From assembly GCA_049999805.1 (NCBI GenBank), contig JBNGIO010006161.1, positions 62,001 through 126,000 of the forward strand: DNA of 64,000 nucleotides, in the 5' to 3' direction. The translations under genes and the position numbers were made by a program. A model generated the notes under the pieces. The model saw only the letters and a program-made list of their open reading frames with translations, searched no databases and was not told the origin of the DNA. Every line of letters begins with the position of its first letter. Positions within the stretch are counted from its first letter, which is position 1. The DNA comes from Folioceros fuciformis (Eukaryota). Positions 61,021 to 64,000 of this stretch are shown here, piece by piece.

Positions 61021-61799
61021 GAGATCCACAACAAACGAATAGCATGTTCAAAATACAGTGTCTTCCCTTTGACCTCTTCCACTCAAACAGATGCTGCTTT
61101 CCATACTCTCCCTAAGCTACTAGGTTTCCCGCTAACACGGCCATAAACGGAAGTTCCCTACTCCAGCTTCCTGCAGGTTCGGGTTCTTGCTGGTGCTTGC
61201 CTGCTCGAATTATCGTAAACTTTCGGCTCCGTGATGCTCTTCGCATACTGGTGACCAAATGCAGCTAACCTCCACTCCAATCCCCGAATTCGGCTCCCAA
61301 GCTCAACAATTCCAAGCCCTAGATGCCGCTATTACACATTCTCGGCCAGTTGACACAACATAAGAAAACTGAAGTGATCCTCCTCATGAGATGCAATCAG
61401 CGAAAATGGCAACATGCAAGACAGGCGGGCTGAGGCTACTGCATCGCCACAGTAGGAGAAGGAGGATTCTACATACGTCCGCTGAGGACGGATTTTCCCG
61501 TCATGTCGACTTGGTACCTGGTTCACATCGTCGCGCCTACTAATTCGGAGGGTGGTTCCCAAGCGTGGGATAAGACCGCGTCAGTCGGTCTAAAAACTCC
61601 TCCTACCAATTTGAAGTGCGTTTCCGGGCGGTACTTAGGGCCGCAACACATGTACTGGAAAAATCTTCCTGTCCTGTAACAAGCGAAAATGAGCGGCTAC
61701 GGCATCTTCCATCGTCTCTCACGATCCAAGTTCGTCTCAACGGGAATTCACCCAGGCAACTCTAATTTGTGCGTCTCTTGAAAAGAACAACAGTGAGGG

Positions 61800-62145
61800 G
61801 GGATTCCCTTGTGGCGCCACGAGTTATGGTCTCACGGGCGCTTAAGCGCAGAGCACACACACATCTTGGGGTGCCATATCTTTGCCCCCGTTTGCATGTG
61901 AAGGGAATATAGGAGTGGCCATGAAAGTGTTCACAGATTGGTGAACGGAGCCAAATGCCTTCATGTGGTGTACACATGTCACGCATGTGCGAAGCATGGG
62001 AGATCTAATGAGGTCATGCAACTGCACCAAGTTCCTTGCGATGTGGATACAGTTCAAGTGTTCGTAACTGACCTTGAAGCTTGCGCACTGGCTGTCTACT
62101 TGTAGTCTGACAGAAGAGTGCACTTTGACCTGCTGGACAGTAGTA
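61800..62145 (+). pseudogene. Second degenerate N-terminal PLS-PPR fragment
   Basis: Broken frames give AMKVFTDW*TEPNAFMW, AKHGRSNEVMQLH and VFVTDLEACA...*SDRRVH, matching the first PPR units (AMDVF..PDAFMW, HG..ALELY, VFVAALQACA). Confidence 0.6.
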
Positions 62146-62465
62146 GTGGTAATCCTCTTGGCTTAACTTGGCTTGTATCTTTGCTTCTGCCAGGTGGATG
62201 GCAAGCAACTTGAAGTAAAGTGACGATGCTCAGCTGGGCCATGTGTCCAGCAAAGGCTCGGACTGTGCATGTTCAGCTTGCAATTGGCTGCAAGAAAGTA
62301 GTGACCTGGACGGAGCTGATTAGTCATGCACGCATGCCCAGCAGCGACTCGGCCAAGAGTGTGTGTTACGTGTGGAGAGATCAAGATGAAGACGTTTACT
62401 TCTCTTACAATTTTGGACTTTTTTTCTTGGGGGAGGGAAGTTGGGCCAGAACAATAGTCTACAGT

Positions 62466-64000
62466 TCACATAGACTTCTGTTCTTGTCTTTGCATACGGC
62501 AGAGAGAACAACCAAGGCATGCCTCCTGGCCATTTGGGGCATGGACCAAGCCCAAGGGACAAGAATCAGGGCCTGGACAACTCCTCATATACGTCTTGGG
62601 ATCCATGCACTTTTCTCTAAGAAGGTGACAATCACTACAGTAATGGACAGCTCCACGGCAAAAACGAGTAGCCACGGAGCAGCAATACCTGCACTTGAAT
62701 TCGATGTAATCAGTTCCATGGCCTTTTACCCTGCATCGGTCATGGCCGGTTGCTGCAGCAAAGCAGTGGGTACACTTGAGCTCGCGCAGATCATAATCGG
62801 CCCCCCTGCACAGTCAAAGTTGAATAGTACCAGTGCAAGCTCTCAAACGACTTCACCACCAGAAGATCTGAATCAAACAAGAAGAGAGACCTGCAAGCAA
62901 ACAAAGTACGTACCCTTCGTCTACCGCCCTGCAGTTCCGAACACCACCAAAATATGGCTTTGCGCACTGAGAGCACAAGTAATGATGATACGTCTTCATG
63001 ACATCAGTCACCAACTCCTCGCCTATTTCTACCTGAAGGCCGTTGTCATCCGACTTTCCTCGCTTCCCCTTCGTCATGAACTCCATCGTGAGCTGCTCCT
63101 TTACCATCTCCTTGATCTGAACAGCCAAACGTTTCAAACTGAGCTCTCCGTGCATGACAGATGAACGAGTATTGCCAATCCCCAAGAGCGAGGCATGCAT
63201 GCGCGTCTGGAAATACCCGCCCTCGCAGCGTCTCGTGTCCCTTCACAAAAGGTTCCAACGCGGGATGCCTCATGACTTGCAGACAGACCGGACAGTCGAG
63301 GAAACCGAAACTGATTTCGGGGCCCGGATATCCCAGTTTTATCTTCAGCTTCGAACAATGGAAGTGCACGATATGCCCGCAAGCCAGCAGTATAGCAGGT
63401 GCTTGCCTGACGGGATTCAGCATACATATCGCACAGAGCTCGTCCCCGGACGTGAAGAACTTCTGCGCCGCGCACGGATCTGAGAAGCGACAGCCATCCT
63501 ATGAGGAAGGAAAGCTGTCAGATACAGTTGTCCGCCATACCTACCTACCACAGCACTGCACTGCACTGTACTGCACTGCACTTTGGCAACGCAAAAAATC
63601 GTCACCCGGGTTACCGCAATCAAATCACCTCTAGACAAGGCAGGCAGGAACGCTCCCCGCGAACTCCTCGGCATCGATGCCCGCATCCCAAATTCCGTGC
63701 ACATGTCAGCTTCAACAGCTCCCTGCACTCCGATTCCGAGCACACAGCCGCAGCAAGATTCAGAACCTGCAAAAAGTCCCTCCTTTGCCCACACCAGGAG
63801 ATATCCATGCCGATAGTCAAAAGCTTGCGCTTAAGCTCCCACAGCGACATGGCTTCCAATTCTTTCAGCCTCTGACTCTCAGCACGGGAAGAACGAACAA
63901 TTAGCTCACAGAAGAGGCACTTGATGTCTGATATCTCCTCTGGGAGCCTGTCAGATCTAGGCTCACACTCGGGCTGCTCGCCAATTCCCCCGACACCGTC
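62466..64000 (-). CDS. Second RCR-type E3 ligase paralog; 5' end lies beyond the window
   Basis: Same exon layout and motifs: CLFC, CGHRCRGV, CAIC..APAILLACGHIVHFHC, YFGGVRNC, YDLRELKCTHC, KCRYCCSVATRFCRGAVHYCSDCH, HAPNGQEACLGCSLCR. Confidence 0.85.

Noticed and set aside
62220-63164. 314-aa plus-strand ORF
   Set aside because: Antisense to RCR paralog 2 and crosses its introns; no protein-family signal.
63553-63581. (CACTG)n run
   Set aside because: Ordinary intronic microsatellite.

Overview
Gene-dense eukaryotic nuclear DNA from a non-seed land plant. A hornwort is the most likely source (inference from the ~70-110 nt introns, tight gene packing, TTTAGGG repeats and the co-occurrence of WW-type and KP-type PLS-PPR editing factors). 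The window holds about 19 protein-coding genes: SINE1-like, four PLS-PPR genes (one with a complete DYW:KP-type domain), SPATA20, FAF1/C1orf131-like, p24, DUF1997, DUF599, GET1, WDR43/UTP5, a bacterial-type tauD, CMS1, EFL1, SMYD4-like, XPF/UVH1, GUCD1, a very long PADRE/DUF4228 protein, and two tandem genes with a MYCBP2/Highwire-type RING-Cys-Relay (RCR) E3 module. It also has two PPR relics, a decayed CRE-clade non-LTR retrotransposon abutting telomeric repeats, several minisatellites and three N gaps. Top candidates: (1) a tandem pair of plant RCR-type E3 ligases, one fused to SIM-like repeats and a RING-IBR unit; (2) an intronless proteobacterial-like taurine dioxygenase among plant genes (probable HGT); (3) the telomere-joined CRE retroelement; (4) a candidate U-to-C editase next to PPRs that are losing their deaminase domain. 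All identifications come from motif recognition by eye; no database search was run.
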